Assembly (NCBI GenBank): GCA_904063045.1
Contig: CAJFCJ010000014.1
Span: 186,001 to 250,000, forward strand
DNA length: 64,000 nucleotides
Reading direction: 5' to 3'
From: Dimorphilus gyrociliatus
Lineage: Eukaryota; Animalia; Annelida
The notes beneath the pieces were generated by a model, which was given only the letters and a program-made list of their open reading frames with translations, did no database searches and was not told the origin of the DNA. Below are positions 37,868-49,923 of the stretch, in pieces (the first letter of the stretch is position 1; every line of letters begins with the position of its first letter). The position numbers were made by a program, and so were the translations under genes.

Positions 37868-40800
37868 TGGGGCCGACAGAAAATGTCCCCAAGTGAGCTG
37901 CCAGATACAACAGCCTTCACTGACACACACTTGCTGACACACACACACACTGACACTAAACAATGTTTTGTTCATTCCCCCACGAACAAAATTTCACCCA
38001 CTGCCCTTGTGAACAGCCCTTTCTTGGTTTTGATTTCGCAGCTTCTTTTAACTCCATCATGACTTAGGAGGATTTTTGTCAACACACCTACCATCCAGCT
38101 GTGCCTTGGCTTGATTTTTATCAATGATTAAGACCTTATCTCCAATTTGCAGCTTTCGCCCTCCCCTTGTCTTCCTCTGTTGCCTTACTAATTCCTGGAC
38201 ATATATTTTACGCCGTTGTCTCTCCATTTTGTTCCATCGTCTTTGGTTCCATCTTGGGTCATTCTGTTGTAGCCTTTGCCCTTTGTTCAAAGAATTTGGT
38301 GTTACCAACACCTGGTCAGGGTCGTCCAAAGGATGTCAGGTCAGTTGTTTCGGCTAATGGTCTCTTTAACACGAGTACTTTACTTAAGATTTTAGCTTGT
38401 ACGTTATCCTGTGATCTCTCACACCATGCATCGTATTTTTGTTGCTTGAATTGTGTAGGCAATTTTGTCAGCCAGTCAGCAGGGTTGCTCTGTCCCTTTA
38501 CGTGAGACCATTGCTCAGGGCTAGTGTATTGTCATATTTCAGTTACTCTTGCCCTCGCATACTTCTCCATTTTTCTTCATTTTTTATGAACTTCAAAACC
38601 ACTTCGGAGTCAGTCAGGAAGACTGCTGGCCACCTAGTAACTCCCAGACTTACTTCCAGGGCTAGCCTCACTCCCAATAGGGCTGCTGCGAGTTCATGTC
38701 TTGGGGTGGTTTTCATAACTGGCTTAATGAGTAATGCTTTGGCACGTATCACCCTTTCCTGCTATGTAAGCATATATGACTGCCCCAATGACTTTGTCGG
38801 AGGCATCAGTGTAAATGTGGTACTCTTCAGCCTTTCTCCCATGTCATGTTACAGACAATTTATCTGGGAGTTTTGTTATCGCCTCATTCCATCTGGTTTT
38901 CTCTTGTTCCAGTACTTCCTCCCTCCAATGCTTCATGTCTCTTTGCAATTTTGAGAACATTACTCAGAGTCTGGCTACCACTATGGTCACCAGACCCAAT
39001 GGGTCGTAGATCTTTGCTATCATTCCCAGCATCTCTTTCCACGTTGCCTTCTGTCCTAGTGCCAGGTTGCTTAGGTTCCACTCCAGAATGGGTCATAATG
39101 GATCCCTAGCACTCTGTTTGGATAATTAGCGGGCCTTTGTTTGTGGGGAATTTGTTTTATTACAGCTTCAGAGTTTGATGATATTTTTGCCAATGTGAAG
39201 TAGTTGCCAAGAGTACTTTACTCAAGACTTCGCCCAGGTAGTCTTCACTGTCAGATGCTAGGATGAGGTCGTCGACATAGAAGCATCTTTCTATCTCTTT
39301 TCTCTCTTCATTGGTAAGGCTGGAGGCCTTCAGGACCTTCCTAAGCATTGCTGAGACCACATATGGGCTATCTTTAGCCCCAAACACATGCCTTGTCATT
39401 CTGTATTCTTCTAGGTTAGTGTCGATTTTTTGGCTCCCTTGCTTCCAATATAGTAGTCCAAAGTATTATTCATCAGGGACTTCCACCTGTAGCTATTATG
39501 TTGTTTATGTATTTGCCTCCATCCCTTGCTGAGCAGTCAGAAACGATTCTCATTTTTTCTTTGTTTGGGCTCAACACGCCATGATGAGGTATGAACCACT
39601 TTATTGTTCCATTTTTGGCATTTTTCTTTGCATAACCCTTTTCAAGGTAGTCCTTTATCCCTTCATTGTATTGCTTCTGGTATTCTATGTCTCTTGTAAA
39701 CTTCTTCTTTAGACTTTGTAGCCTGCTGTAAGCCACATGTCTGTTACACTGTAGTTCCATTTGTTTCCCATTAAAAAGAATAGGTGCATACACCCTTTCC
39801 ATCTTTAAAGTGTATTCTGTTTTCTAACTGTTTGACCCAAAGTTCATCATTTGTTGTCAGTTTCTGTTCCTTTGTCTCATTCCTATTCTTTAATATCAAG
39901 GCAATTTTTGTCAGTTGCCTTCTTTCTGTCCTCCAACCAACAATTGACCATCCCAACTTAGAACGCATAGCAGTGGGCTCATTGACCTTCCCTTCCAGAA
40001 TCGTTCTTGGGGCTATCAGGTCAATGTAGTCACAACCTATTAAAAAATCCACCTTATAATTTGTCAATTCTGGTATGTCTAAGTTTCTTAGATATGGCCA
40101 TTTTGCTCTCTCCTCATCCGTTATGGATCTTTGATCAATTGTGGTAATCTCTGAATATTTGAGGGCTACCAAATTCCTTTGTTTGATGCTTATCTGATAT
40201 CCCACCGCATTGTGTCTCTCCACTCTTCCCATCATTGTGAGATCAACTTCTACTATTTCTATAGGCTTCGCATTGATTCTTTTGGTGGCCCTTTTTGTAA
40301 TTATCATCATATCGGCTCCAGTGTCTTGAATTGCAATGAGGTTTCCATTCTCAGTTTCCACCTTTAATGCTATCATCCCATTCTCTCTTTCGATTATTGG
40401 GGTTTTCATCATCAGTATTTTCTTTTTACTGCCATTTCTTTTTTCACACTGATGCAGCATGTTGCTCTTTTTCTAGTTTTACATATCCTACATCCTGGTC
40501 TCCAACAGTCAGATGTGTTATGGCTACTTGCCATACAGTTTTCACATAAGTTCAACCTTCTAACTGCTTTGCTATGGTCTTTGATGCTCATCATTATGAA
40601 TTGTGGGCAGTTTCTTAAAGGGTGTGGCTTCCCACATACATAACAATCTATTCCCTTTCTTTTTCGTTGCCCTTCCCCAAGGCTGTCAGTTGTCATTGCT
40701 TGCTGCTCGATAATTACATTTTTTAGCCCACAGCTTTGGGCTTGCACGAACCTTGCCATGTTGTTCACTGTGAGTTTTGATTCAGCTGTTAACTGCTCAT

Positions 40801-42000
40801 CCTTCCATCTTGCTCTTAGTTGTGTGGTCATGTTGAACTTGCTGGCCATGACTTGGATTGCTTCCAACTGTTCACTTCCTAGATCATTTCTATCTTTATA
40901 ATCCTTGTAAACCTCCTTCTGTATTTGACTTAGTTTGTCATGTTTTCGAATGTTACCATCTGCCACTCTGCCCAATTTTTCTAACCTAGCAAAGGCTGCG
41001 CCACATTTTGTTTTTATTTCCCCATATTTTAAGCATAGGAATTTCATTGCACCATTGTAACCATCCTTTGGTGATGATCTGAATCTATCTACCTCTTCTT
41101 GTAACTCGATGCCCAAGTGCATATGCAGGGCTTTCTCTTCTTCACGTCTTTTTCTTTCCCTTTCTGTGGCCTCATCCACTGCAGTGGTTATAGTGGATCT
41201 TATCATTGCACTTTGCATTTGCTGGTTGTTTTTTACCATGGCTTGGTCTTGGGCTCTTTCCTCATTTCGTCTCTCCTTCTCCAACTCCATGGCCTCACCA
41301 ATTTCATCCATTATTTCTTGCTTTTTGTCAGTCCACCATTCTTCTCCTTTCACCATCCAATCTGTTAGGTCTTTGGAAGGTGGGTATTCTTCCTTCTTTG
41401 GGGTGTCCTCTATTTCATCATCAATGCTATCTTCCATCCTATCAAAGGCACTTGCATCTTTTTGTGTGGTCCAGCATTGCTTGCCAGACATTGTATGCTT
41501 TGGCATGCCTGTATCGACTTGCATCATTGATAGGTCTTCATCATCACTCTCATCTGCAGTTACTGCACTGTTTCTGTTCCTTTTTAAGGAAGATGTCCCT
41601 CTTGTGCTGGAACAGCTGCTGCTCCGTGTCGAGCCATGGCTATTGGCTTGGCCCTTTGCTGCCCCAATATAAATATTATTTATATTTGCTTCAATATTCT
41701 CCTTTTCACATTGCCATTAATGTTCTTCCCTTGTGGATCGTCTGTCCTTGGTGAGTAGCCTCCTTCAACCATAGGCAGGCATTTTTTTATTTTCCTTCTT
41801 GTCTCGGCCACTCTGTCCTCCAGATCACCCACAAAGAGTTTATCCCATTCATCTAACAATTTTTCTGCCATAAAACATCTCAATTTGATAAGTCCTGTAG
41901 TATATCTTCCATCATCCAGGCCCCTCTTAGTGTGACCCATGCATCTGTTAATGGTCTCCAGTCTTTGTGCTGTGGTCATGCTTTGTACTTTCTTTTCCAT
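37868..42000 (-). mobile_element. Bel/Pao element (family A), left copy: gag, protease, RT, RNase H, deleted integrase core, truncated LTR
   Basis: Pao zinc knuckles CYVCGKPH..C and LCENC...H...C, protease IQDTGAD, RT FYVDDL, RNase H TDASD/TPRHEL. PPT GGGGGAA precedes TG. Several stops and deletions. Confidence 0.88.
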
Positions 42001-43581
42001 GGCAAATAATTGTCGTTACCCCTTATTATAAATTTTTTTTTTATAAAATGTGAAACTTTACCCACTTAAGCGTGTTTGGGGCAAGGATTTTGGATCTGTG
42101 ATCCACAATCCCCAGAATGCAATGTTAATACATTGTATAAGAGTAAATTGAAGAATAAGCGTTTCAATTACATAGAGTATAGGATCTGAACCAAGGTAGA
42201 CAGCTACATTCTATTTTAGTAACCATTTCCATAACATCATTGTACTGGATACTTTTGTTTTGTTGTATTACCCCAACTAACCTGGTAAACAATCTTTTGC
42301 TATTGCAGTATATGTAGAATTAATGTTATTGTCTGTGTACAATGAGTTATGACTATGTCATTGAAATATTAATTTTGCCTGACAAAATGAAAGGAGACTG
42401 CCTTTCTCTAACACAGATACATACAAGTCTTCAATGTCTAAAAAGGTAAGTGAATCTGAAAATTGTCTAAGAAGTATTTAGTCTTCTTTTCCTACTGTTT
42501 TCTTTGCTTCATCTTTGATTGATGTTAAAGTTTGCCTTGGCTTGATAAATGAATGTAGGTCGTTCCTGGTGCGGTTGGTGTCAGTTGCTTTTTCTCTTGG
42601 AAAGAATGGATTGCTAACAATCCAATTATCTGTAACCGTGCAATCTTGTTCCTCCTGACTATATTTTAATTCAAAATTTAGCCTGTTAATACTTGTATAT
42701 CATTTGTGCACGATTTCTGCTCACTTTTTCCATTCCTGCAAGATCAATACAAATGAACTGTAATTATTTATTATTCATCATAAAAAGATATGTCAATGTG
42801 TGACTTGCGTGTTAAAGCTACAGTCCAACAGTATGGAATCCAATTCGTGTGGAGTTTTCAATCGTCCTGATTCTTGATCACATATTGAAAAACTAGAAAA
42901 ATACATACGTTATACATTGAAGCCATGATGCCATGGCGAAATATAAAAGAGTAGACAGTGCGTTTGATTAATATCATGAATCAGGAAAATGTTAATGACA
43001 GCAAAATAATTAAAAAAAAATTCACTATTAAAGTTATGAATATAAAATGTCTACAATATCACGAACACACCAAATATATTACATTAAACCTCAATAAACA
43101 TTATAGTAGTGCGAGTCTCATCAAAGACTGGTCTCCTGTCCGTATCTAACATGGCGACATATTGCGTCAGAACCATGTGTTGTTAGCTTTTAGCTATTAA
43201 CTCTAGAAAAACAATTATTAGACGGTGTTTCTCTTCATTTTGAAATGTTTATTAAAAGACAAATTAATTTATTGTATTAATTATAGTTGATTTATAATTG
43301 TATGATAATATCATATTTCATTTCTAAGAATTATTATAATTATTATTATTAATTATTATATTTTATTTTATTTAAACTAGTTTTCTACTTTTATATTTCA
43401 TTTAAATAAAAGCAGAAGGTGTCTAACAATATTCAACTGGTCACAGAGCATCATAGGAAAAAGACAAATTAATTTATTGTATTAATTATAGTTGATTTAT
43501 AATTGTATGAAAATATCATATTTCATTTCTAAGAATTATTATAATTATTATTATTAATTATTATATTTTATTTCATTTGAA

Positions 43582-44145
43582 CTAGTTTTCTACTTTTATA
43601 TTTCGTTTAAATAAACGGAGAAGGTGTCTGACAATATTCAACTGGTCACCGAGCATCATAGGAAACAGATCGTATTTATTTTCTGGTAAATGTATATCAT
43701 CAACAACTGTCTTAGTAGAATCAGAAAACTCCACTTCAATTGCCCAAATTCCAAAAAGCTTGTTCTTTAGTATTTCACAGAGTTGGTCGACAAACTTTCT
43801 GTGTTTTCCATGAAACAACTGTTTGCGTCTGCATAATTTTTCCAATTTTTTACCAAGGGATATCAATTTGCGGGCTATCTGCAAGGCTTCTTCAGGGCTT
43901 TTAGGTAGAAGTGAAGTGTTTTTCAAAGAAACCAGATTGAATGTAAAGTCTTTCTTGTCAAAGTTTTTGTATCCATCAACTAAGTAGTGATCTATAACCG
44001 ATAAATTCCTTTTAAAATCGTTAAGTTTCTCTTCTAAAATTCCTAGTTTTAAATTGACTACATCCTTTGTATTGTCATCATTATATGCTCCCGCACCAAA
44101 AACACATGATAAAAGGAACCCAAGTATGATGATCAAGCCACGCAT
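43582..44145 (-). CDS. Orphan secreted helical protein, 187 aa, copy 1
   Basis: Single-exon ORF with signal peptide MRGLIIILGFLLSCVFGA, an upstream TATATATA and a downstream AATAAA (43248-43253 on minus). Protein identical to copy 2. Confidence 0.75.
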   Translation of the reverse strand: MRGLIIILGFLLSCVFGAGAYNDDNTKDVVNLKLGILEEKLNDFKRNLSVIDHYLVDGYKNFDKKDFTFNLVSLKNTSLLPKSPEEALQIARKLISLGKKLEKLCRRKQLFHGKHRKFVDQLCEILKNKLFGIWAIEVEFSDSTKTVVDDIHLPENKYDLFPMMLGDQLNIVRHLLRLFKRNIKVEN

Positions 44146-44807
44146 GGTGTAAAAAAGTTGTGACCGTGCACACCTCTTCATTTAAAATTAAAAAAAAATC
44201 ACCTATATATAGATACATTGCGGTGGTTATTTTTGGAAAATTCCTTTCCATGGTTATCTAAAGTAACAAACAGGAGAATGTGGACATCGTAAATGTTGTT
44301 TGGCGAACTTTTAATTAACAGTTAAAATGGCTTCTTTGCTATATAGAATATAGAAAATATAGAGAAATAGCAAAGTTATGGGCAACAGGAAGAGTTAGGA
44401 CATGTACTAATAATAGCAAAAAGGACTTCAGGGTGACAAAAAGTATGGGGAAGGTGGAGTCTTGGTTTGTGAGTTGATAACATCCGATGACATATTTAAA
44501 GTCTGAAGGATAAGGAGAAGATTAAATGCCAAAAACTACAGCTCCTTCATTGCCTAATGGCTTTTTAAACAAATTTTTATAAAATTCCAAGTTTAATCTA
44601 TTATTTAACACCAAAAAATTTAAAAAAATAATATTTTTTCAAAAACAAAAAGATCTTTAATATTTTGCCTATAAAAATTTGAGGTGTTCCAATCTTCTTG
44701 TCATTTACTTTTCAATGAATATAACTTAATATAGGCTGTATTTTATATAAAACTCCATCTTCTAGATATTAGTTAACTATTCTAATATAGCTATTGTTTT
44801 ATTAGTC

Positions 44808-45210
44808 ATGTTCCACCAGGTGAATATGGATTTGGACAATCTACCTTACTTTAGCCTACTGTTCTGGAAACACGAACAACCAAAGAGGGACAAAAAGCTT
44901 GTGGAATATAGCATGGCGAGGCTTGTATTCAGGACAAAGAGCAGTCCATATATGGCGCCTGCAACTCTGAGAAAGATGCTCAGCCTGTTGCCCCATATGA
45001 CAGGTGAAGAGGTCGATGAGGTGGTACAAAGTTTTTATGTTGATGATTTGGTTCTGGCAGGAAGTAATGGACAAGGTCCTAGAAGCTATCGAAGGTTACT
45101 TCTATCTGACAATGATAGCGACAAACAATGATGTAGTTAAGAGAGCAATACATCAAGATGGAAGGGTAGATGTCCCTGCTGAGGGAATATTGGGATTGAA
45201 GTACAAAATG
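44808..45210 (+). mobile_element. Bel/Pao RT fragment (third family), mirrored at 48290-48697
   Basis: MFHQV, LVFRTKSSP and FYVDDL motifs, with frameshifts. Confidence 0.8.
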
Positions 45211-45361
45211 ACAGATGAATCTTGGGTTCATCTCCATAACCTATAAACACACATCATCTCCACCTGAAAAAATGACTAAATCATCTGAAAAACTGATGTG
45301 TACAGTTTTCTAGGACTGTTCAGGATTAATCCATGTTGAATTTATGGATTATTATTAAACA

Positions 45362-45750
45362 AAATCTGAAAAATATAGGAAATTAGGAGAAATAGCGAAA
45401 TTAAGGGCAACAGATAGAGTTTTAGGAATGGCGCTATTGTCAGTTAGCAACATCTTGAAATACAAACAGCGGGAGCAGGACAATAGGGGTGGTTCAAGGA
45501 ATCTTTCAGACAGAGAGATAACCAGGATGAATAGGATTGTGAAGAACCTGAAAGACAACAACGAAAGGTGATAGCAGCAAAGATATTGAAGGAATTAGAA
45601 TTGAATATAAGCCTCAGAACAATTCAGAGGGAGCTGAAAAGGCAAAACTTCAAATACAAAAACTGAATCTGGCAAAGAACTGATCTCAACCCCAAAGATT
45701 GCAAATGGAGAAAAACATACTGTCTCCAATTTATCAGCAAAAATCTAGAC
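45362..45750 (+). pseudogene. Tc1 transposase N-terminal (HTH) relic
   Basis: Translation pieces AAKILKELELNISLRTIQRELKRQNFKY resemble the matching region of the intact transposase at 32569. Stops are present. Confidence 0.6.
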
Positions 45751-45951
45751 TGTTTAATATTGGCTGTATTTACATTAAAACTTCGTCTCTTAGATATTAG
45801 TAAACTATTCTGTAGCATATTTTATTAGAAGGCTGATTGGCCAATAAGAGAAAAGCAGCCCGCAATGAAAAGGTTCAAAAGTTTAGATTAACTTTAATAC
45901 TATAATATTAAGAATAGCTTAACAGTGTGTTACCAGTCTGATATTTCAATT

Positions 45952-47504
45952 ATGAATTGTTTAGATTTTATGGTAATTACTTTGACAATTATCTATTCTT
46001 CTAAAGATGTTCAATCAGTGGTTTGTTGCGCAAAAGATTGCACTTATACAGACTGGTCTGAATGGTCAAAATGCGACGATCTATGCAGCGGGACACAAGA
46101 AAAGGAGCGGAGGAGAGAGATCAAAGCTAAGGCAGTTTGTGGTGGAAAAGACTGCAAAGAACGTTTAAGAGAGAAGAAGAATTGTAATTCTGAATGTATG
46201 TAAAAGTTGAGAAATGTCTGTAAAATTAAATTTATACGCTTACATTCAATTGTAGTTAGCTTTCCTTGTTGGCCTGGAAGACCAGCTTACTTTTGTAAAT
46301 GTTCCAAGGGATTTACGCAAGTGAACGGTAGATGTAAAATGATCAAGTCCGGTTAGTGATAGTTTACATATCTAATGATCCTATATTTTTAATAAATAAT
46401 ACTGTTTTTGCATAAACTATAGAAAGAACGACGGTAAAAGTCCACTCATTTATGTCTATTCTACGTTTAAGAGAGATGGATATTGTAGAACAACTGGACA
46501 AAAAAATCAATAATATTCAATACGTAAATGGCAATTTAATTGATATTACCTATAAATACAATCTAAGTATGAATCTAACTGTAAAAGAAACCAATCATTT
46601 TCTTATTGAAAGTGGTATATATTCTTATAAATTTGGCCTTGTTGACCTTCAAACATCAATGTATATTAAGAATGTTAATGGTAAGACTATATATATATTT
46701 ATCACCATCTCTTTTAATCTCTTACTAATTATTATAAAACAATTACAAAAGCAGATGAAATTCGTGCAAACGTTTCATTCCTTACTGACAATTGTTCAAC
46801 AAGAGTTTTCTCAAGAGATAATCCGTATTCTGGATATATAGTTTGTCAGAAGAGATATGCAAAACCGGAAATAATTCATGGTGAAAAGTAAATATATCAC
46901 TTTCGTATTTCGACTCTTTTATCATTTATTTATAATACTAAAACACAAAACTAGACTGTGTTTTCTGATAATATTGAAGCTGGGTGGAAAGTTAACCATA
47001 GACGCCGACTTACTACCTCCATCCAAGATTGTTGGTACTCATTCTTGCTATTTTGGACCTATTGAAGAATCAATTGAAAGGTGTATAACGTTTGACCTAC
47101 TCCCTCCAAAACATTGTTCAACTTTTAAAAAACAACCAATTAGTTGTCAAAAAGAACCGATAAAGATAAATTGCGACGACGTTAACGAATTAAAAACTCT
47201 CACAGTTTTATTCTCTGGTTGGAATGACACATTATCGATGATTAAAAGTTTTACGGCAAGTATCTACTCTCTACACGTAATTGAAGGTAATTACGAAAGA
47301 AAAGAGATAATAGATTCTATGGATTCGTATTCACCAAACGATACTGAAATGTCTTTAAAATTTTCGGATAATGGAGGATTTTTCGAAGTTGAACTACAAG
47401 CATTCGACAACGCTTTAAATGTGGAAAAGACCAGTAGACTTATTGAAATATTAAAAGATGGAAATGAATATAAATGTCATACATTTCTTCTAAAAAGTCT
47501 TTAA
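45952..47504 (+). pseudogene. Multi-exon gene fragment or pseudogene: putative secreted TSP1 + EGF-like + beta-sandwich protein
   Basis: TSP1 motif WSEWSKC...R.R....CGGKDC..CN. An EGF-like exon ~46256-46351 (CKCSKGFTQVNGRC). Later exons include SGWNDTLS..FEVELQAFDNALN. Some junctions do not keep frame, and the model ends just before a mariner relic. Confidence 0.55.
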
Positions 47505-47689
47505 GCAGTCTTAAGAAGATTTTTAAGTGTATTCAACTTAGAAAGACACAATAAATTGATAGATTCTAGATAGAATGATGAAATGACGACTCTAGTCCAA
47601 TGTCAAAAGTTAAAAGTATTAGGTATGATCTGAAATGATTTTTATTTATAGTTCTTAACTTATTTTGATAATTTTTTTATATTATATCT

Positions 47690-48255
47690 TATAGTCTACT
47701 CTAGAAAAATTAACTATTCTATTCCTTAATAGTCCCCCCCCCCCATTGTTTATACATGTCTGCCAGTTCGATGGAAGTAGATCTATCCTGTTCTGATAAG
47801 AGGAGGATGGTTTCCTCCTCAAACATTCCCTGATGTCTTTTTTGTAGCTCATCCAAATTTTTGTAATCAAATCCCCTGATATGATATTTCAGTTGTTCAA
47901 ATAGGTAAAAATCCGATAGGGCCATATCAGGGCTGTATGGGGGATGTGGACAGACAGACCATCCCTGATTTCTGATAAAATCTGTTGTGTACAGACTGGT
48001 ATGGGGTCTGGCATTACCATGCTGTAAAATAATCTGTTCCAGCCCTTATCCTATTTAGTCTCCTCCTTAGCCTCTTTAGGGTCTCCACATACTGAATAGA
48101 GTTGACTGTTTAATAATAATCCATAAATTCAACATGGATTAATCCTGAACAGTCCCAGAAAACTGTACACATCAGTTTTTCAGATGATTTAGTCATTTTT
48201 TCAGGTGGAGATGATGTGTGTTTGTAGGTTATGGAGATGAACCCAAGATTCATCT
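47690..48255 (-). pseudogene. Mariner-type transposase relic (catalytic half)
   Basis: DESWV, KLMCTVF*DCSGLIHVEF, HGNARPH and YSPDMALSDFYLF. Stops and frameshifts are present. Its first ~150 bp are mirrored at 45213-45361. Confidence 0.8.
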
Positions 48256-49289
48256 CAAGTTACTATTTTTTCTAAAGTAAATCGTGGACTCTGTCATTTT
48301 GTACTTCAATCCCAATATTCCCTCAGCAGGGACATCTACCCTTCTATCTTGATGTACTGCTCTCTTAACTACATCATTGCTTGTCGCTATCATTGTCAGA
48401 TAGAAGCAACCTTCGATAGCTTCTAGGACCTTCTCCATTACTTCCTGCCAGAACCAAATCATCAACATAAAAACTTTGTACCACCTCATCGACCTCTTCA
48501 CCTGTCATATGGGGCAACAGGCTGAGCATCTTTCTCAGAGTTGCAGGCGCCATATATGGACTGCTCTTTGTCCTGAATACAAGCCTCGCCATGCTATATT
48601 CCACAAGCTTTTTGTCCCTCTTTGGTTGTTCGTGTTTCCAGAACAGTAGGCTAAAGTAAGGTAGATTGTCCAAATCCATATTCACCTGGTGGAACATGAC
48701 TAATAAAACAATAGCTATATTAGAATAGTTAACTAATATCTAGAAGATGGAGTTTTATATAAAATACAGCCTATATTAAGTTATATTCATTGAAAAGTAA
48801 ATGACAAGAAGATTGGAACACCTCAAATTTTTATAGGCAAAATATTAAAGATCTTTTTGTTTTTGAAAAAATATTATTTTTTTAAATTTTTTGGTGTTAA
48901 ATAATAGATTAAACTTGGAATTTTATAAAAATTTGTTTAAAAAGCCATTAGGCAATGAAGGAGCTGTAGTTTTTGGCATTTAATCTTCTCCTTATCCTTC
49001 AGACTTTAAATATGTCATCGGATGTTATCAACTCACAAACCAAGACTCCACCTTCCCCATACTTTTTGTCACCCTGAAGTCCTTTTTGCTATTATTAGTA
49101 CATGTCCTAACTCTTCCTGTTGCCCATAACTTTGCTATTTCTCTATATTTTCTATATTCTATATAGCAAAGAAGCCATTTTAACTGTTAATTAAAAGTTC
49201 GCCAAACAACATTTACGATGTCCACATTCTCCTGTTTGTTACTTTAGATAACCATGGAAAGGAATTTTCCAAAGATAACCACCGCAATG

Positions 49290-49303
49290 TATCTATATAT
49301 AGG
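49290..49303 (+). promoter_or_regulatory. TATA-box-like element upstream of the orphan secreted gene
   Basis: TCTATATATAGG about 60-65 nt upstream of the ATG at 49360, conserved in the left copy. Confidence 0.45.
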
Positions 49304-49359
49304 TCATTCTTTTTTAATTTTAAACGAAGAGGTGTGCACGGTCACAACTTTTTTACACC

Positions 49360-49923
49360 ATGCGTGGCTTGATCATCATACTTGGGTTCCTTTTATCATG
49401 TGTTTTTGGTGCGGGAGCATATAATGATGATAATACAAAGGATGTAGTCAATTTAAAACTAGGAATTTTAGAAGAGAAACTTAACGATTTTAAAAGGAAT
49501 TTATCGGTTATAGATCACTACTTAGTTGATGGATACAAAAACTTTGACAAGAAAGACTTTACATTCAATCTGGTTTCTTTGAAAAACACTTCACTTCTAC
49601 CTAAAAGCCCTGAAGAAGCCTTGCAGATAGCCCGCAAATTGATATCCCTTGGTAAAAAATTGGAAAAATTATGCAGACGCAAACAGTTGTTTCATGGAAA
49701 ACACAGAAAGTTTGTCGACCAACTCTGTGAAATACTAAAGAACAAGCTTTTTGGAATTTGGGCAATTGAAGTGGAGTTTTCTGATTCTACTAAGACAGTT
49801 GTTGATGATATACATTTACCAGAAAATAAATACGATCTGTTTCCTATGATGCTCGGTGACCAGTTGAATATTGTCAGACACCTTCTCCGTTTATTTAAAC
49901 GAAATATAAAAGTAGAAAACTAG
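49360..49923 (+). CDS. Orphan secreted helical protein, 187 aa, copy 2
   Basis: Signal peptide, two N-glycosylation sequons (NLS, NTS), two mature-chain Cys, AATAAA at 50047. Confidence 0.75.
   Translation: MRGLIIILGFLLSCVFGAGAYNDDNTKDVVNLKLGILEEKLNDFKRNLSVIDHYLVDGYKNFDKKDFTFNLVSLKNTSLLPKSPEEALQIARKLISLGKKLEKLCRRKQLFHGKHRKFVDQLCEILKNKLFGIWAIEVEFSDSTKTVVDDIHLPENKYDLFPMMLGDQLNIVRHLLRLFKRNIKVEN

Larger units (their letters stand above)
37783..45361. repeat. Left arm of a large inverted duplication
   Basis: The reverse complement of 40295-45361 matches 48107-53004, and that of 37783-40373 matches 57549-60257. Mirrored ORFs have near-identical translations. Confidence 0.92.

Noticed and set aside
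41109-41754. Long opposite-strand ORFs over the Pao gag (187 and 182 aa; mirrored near 51.5-52.2 kb)
   Set aside because: They are antisense shadows of purine-rich gag, with no recognisable motifs.
43582-44181. Extended 199-aa start for the orphan protein
   Set aside because: The upstream ATG is ACG in the right copy and would bury the signal peptide. The shared MRGL start is preferred.
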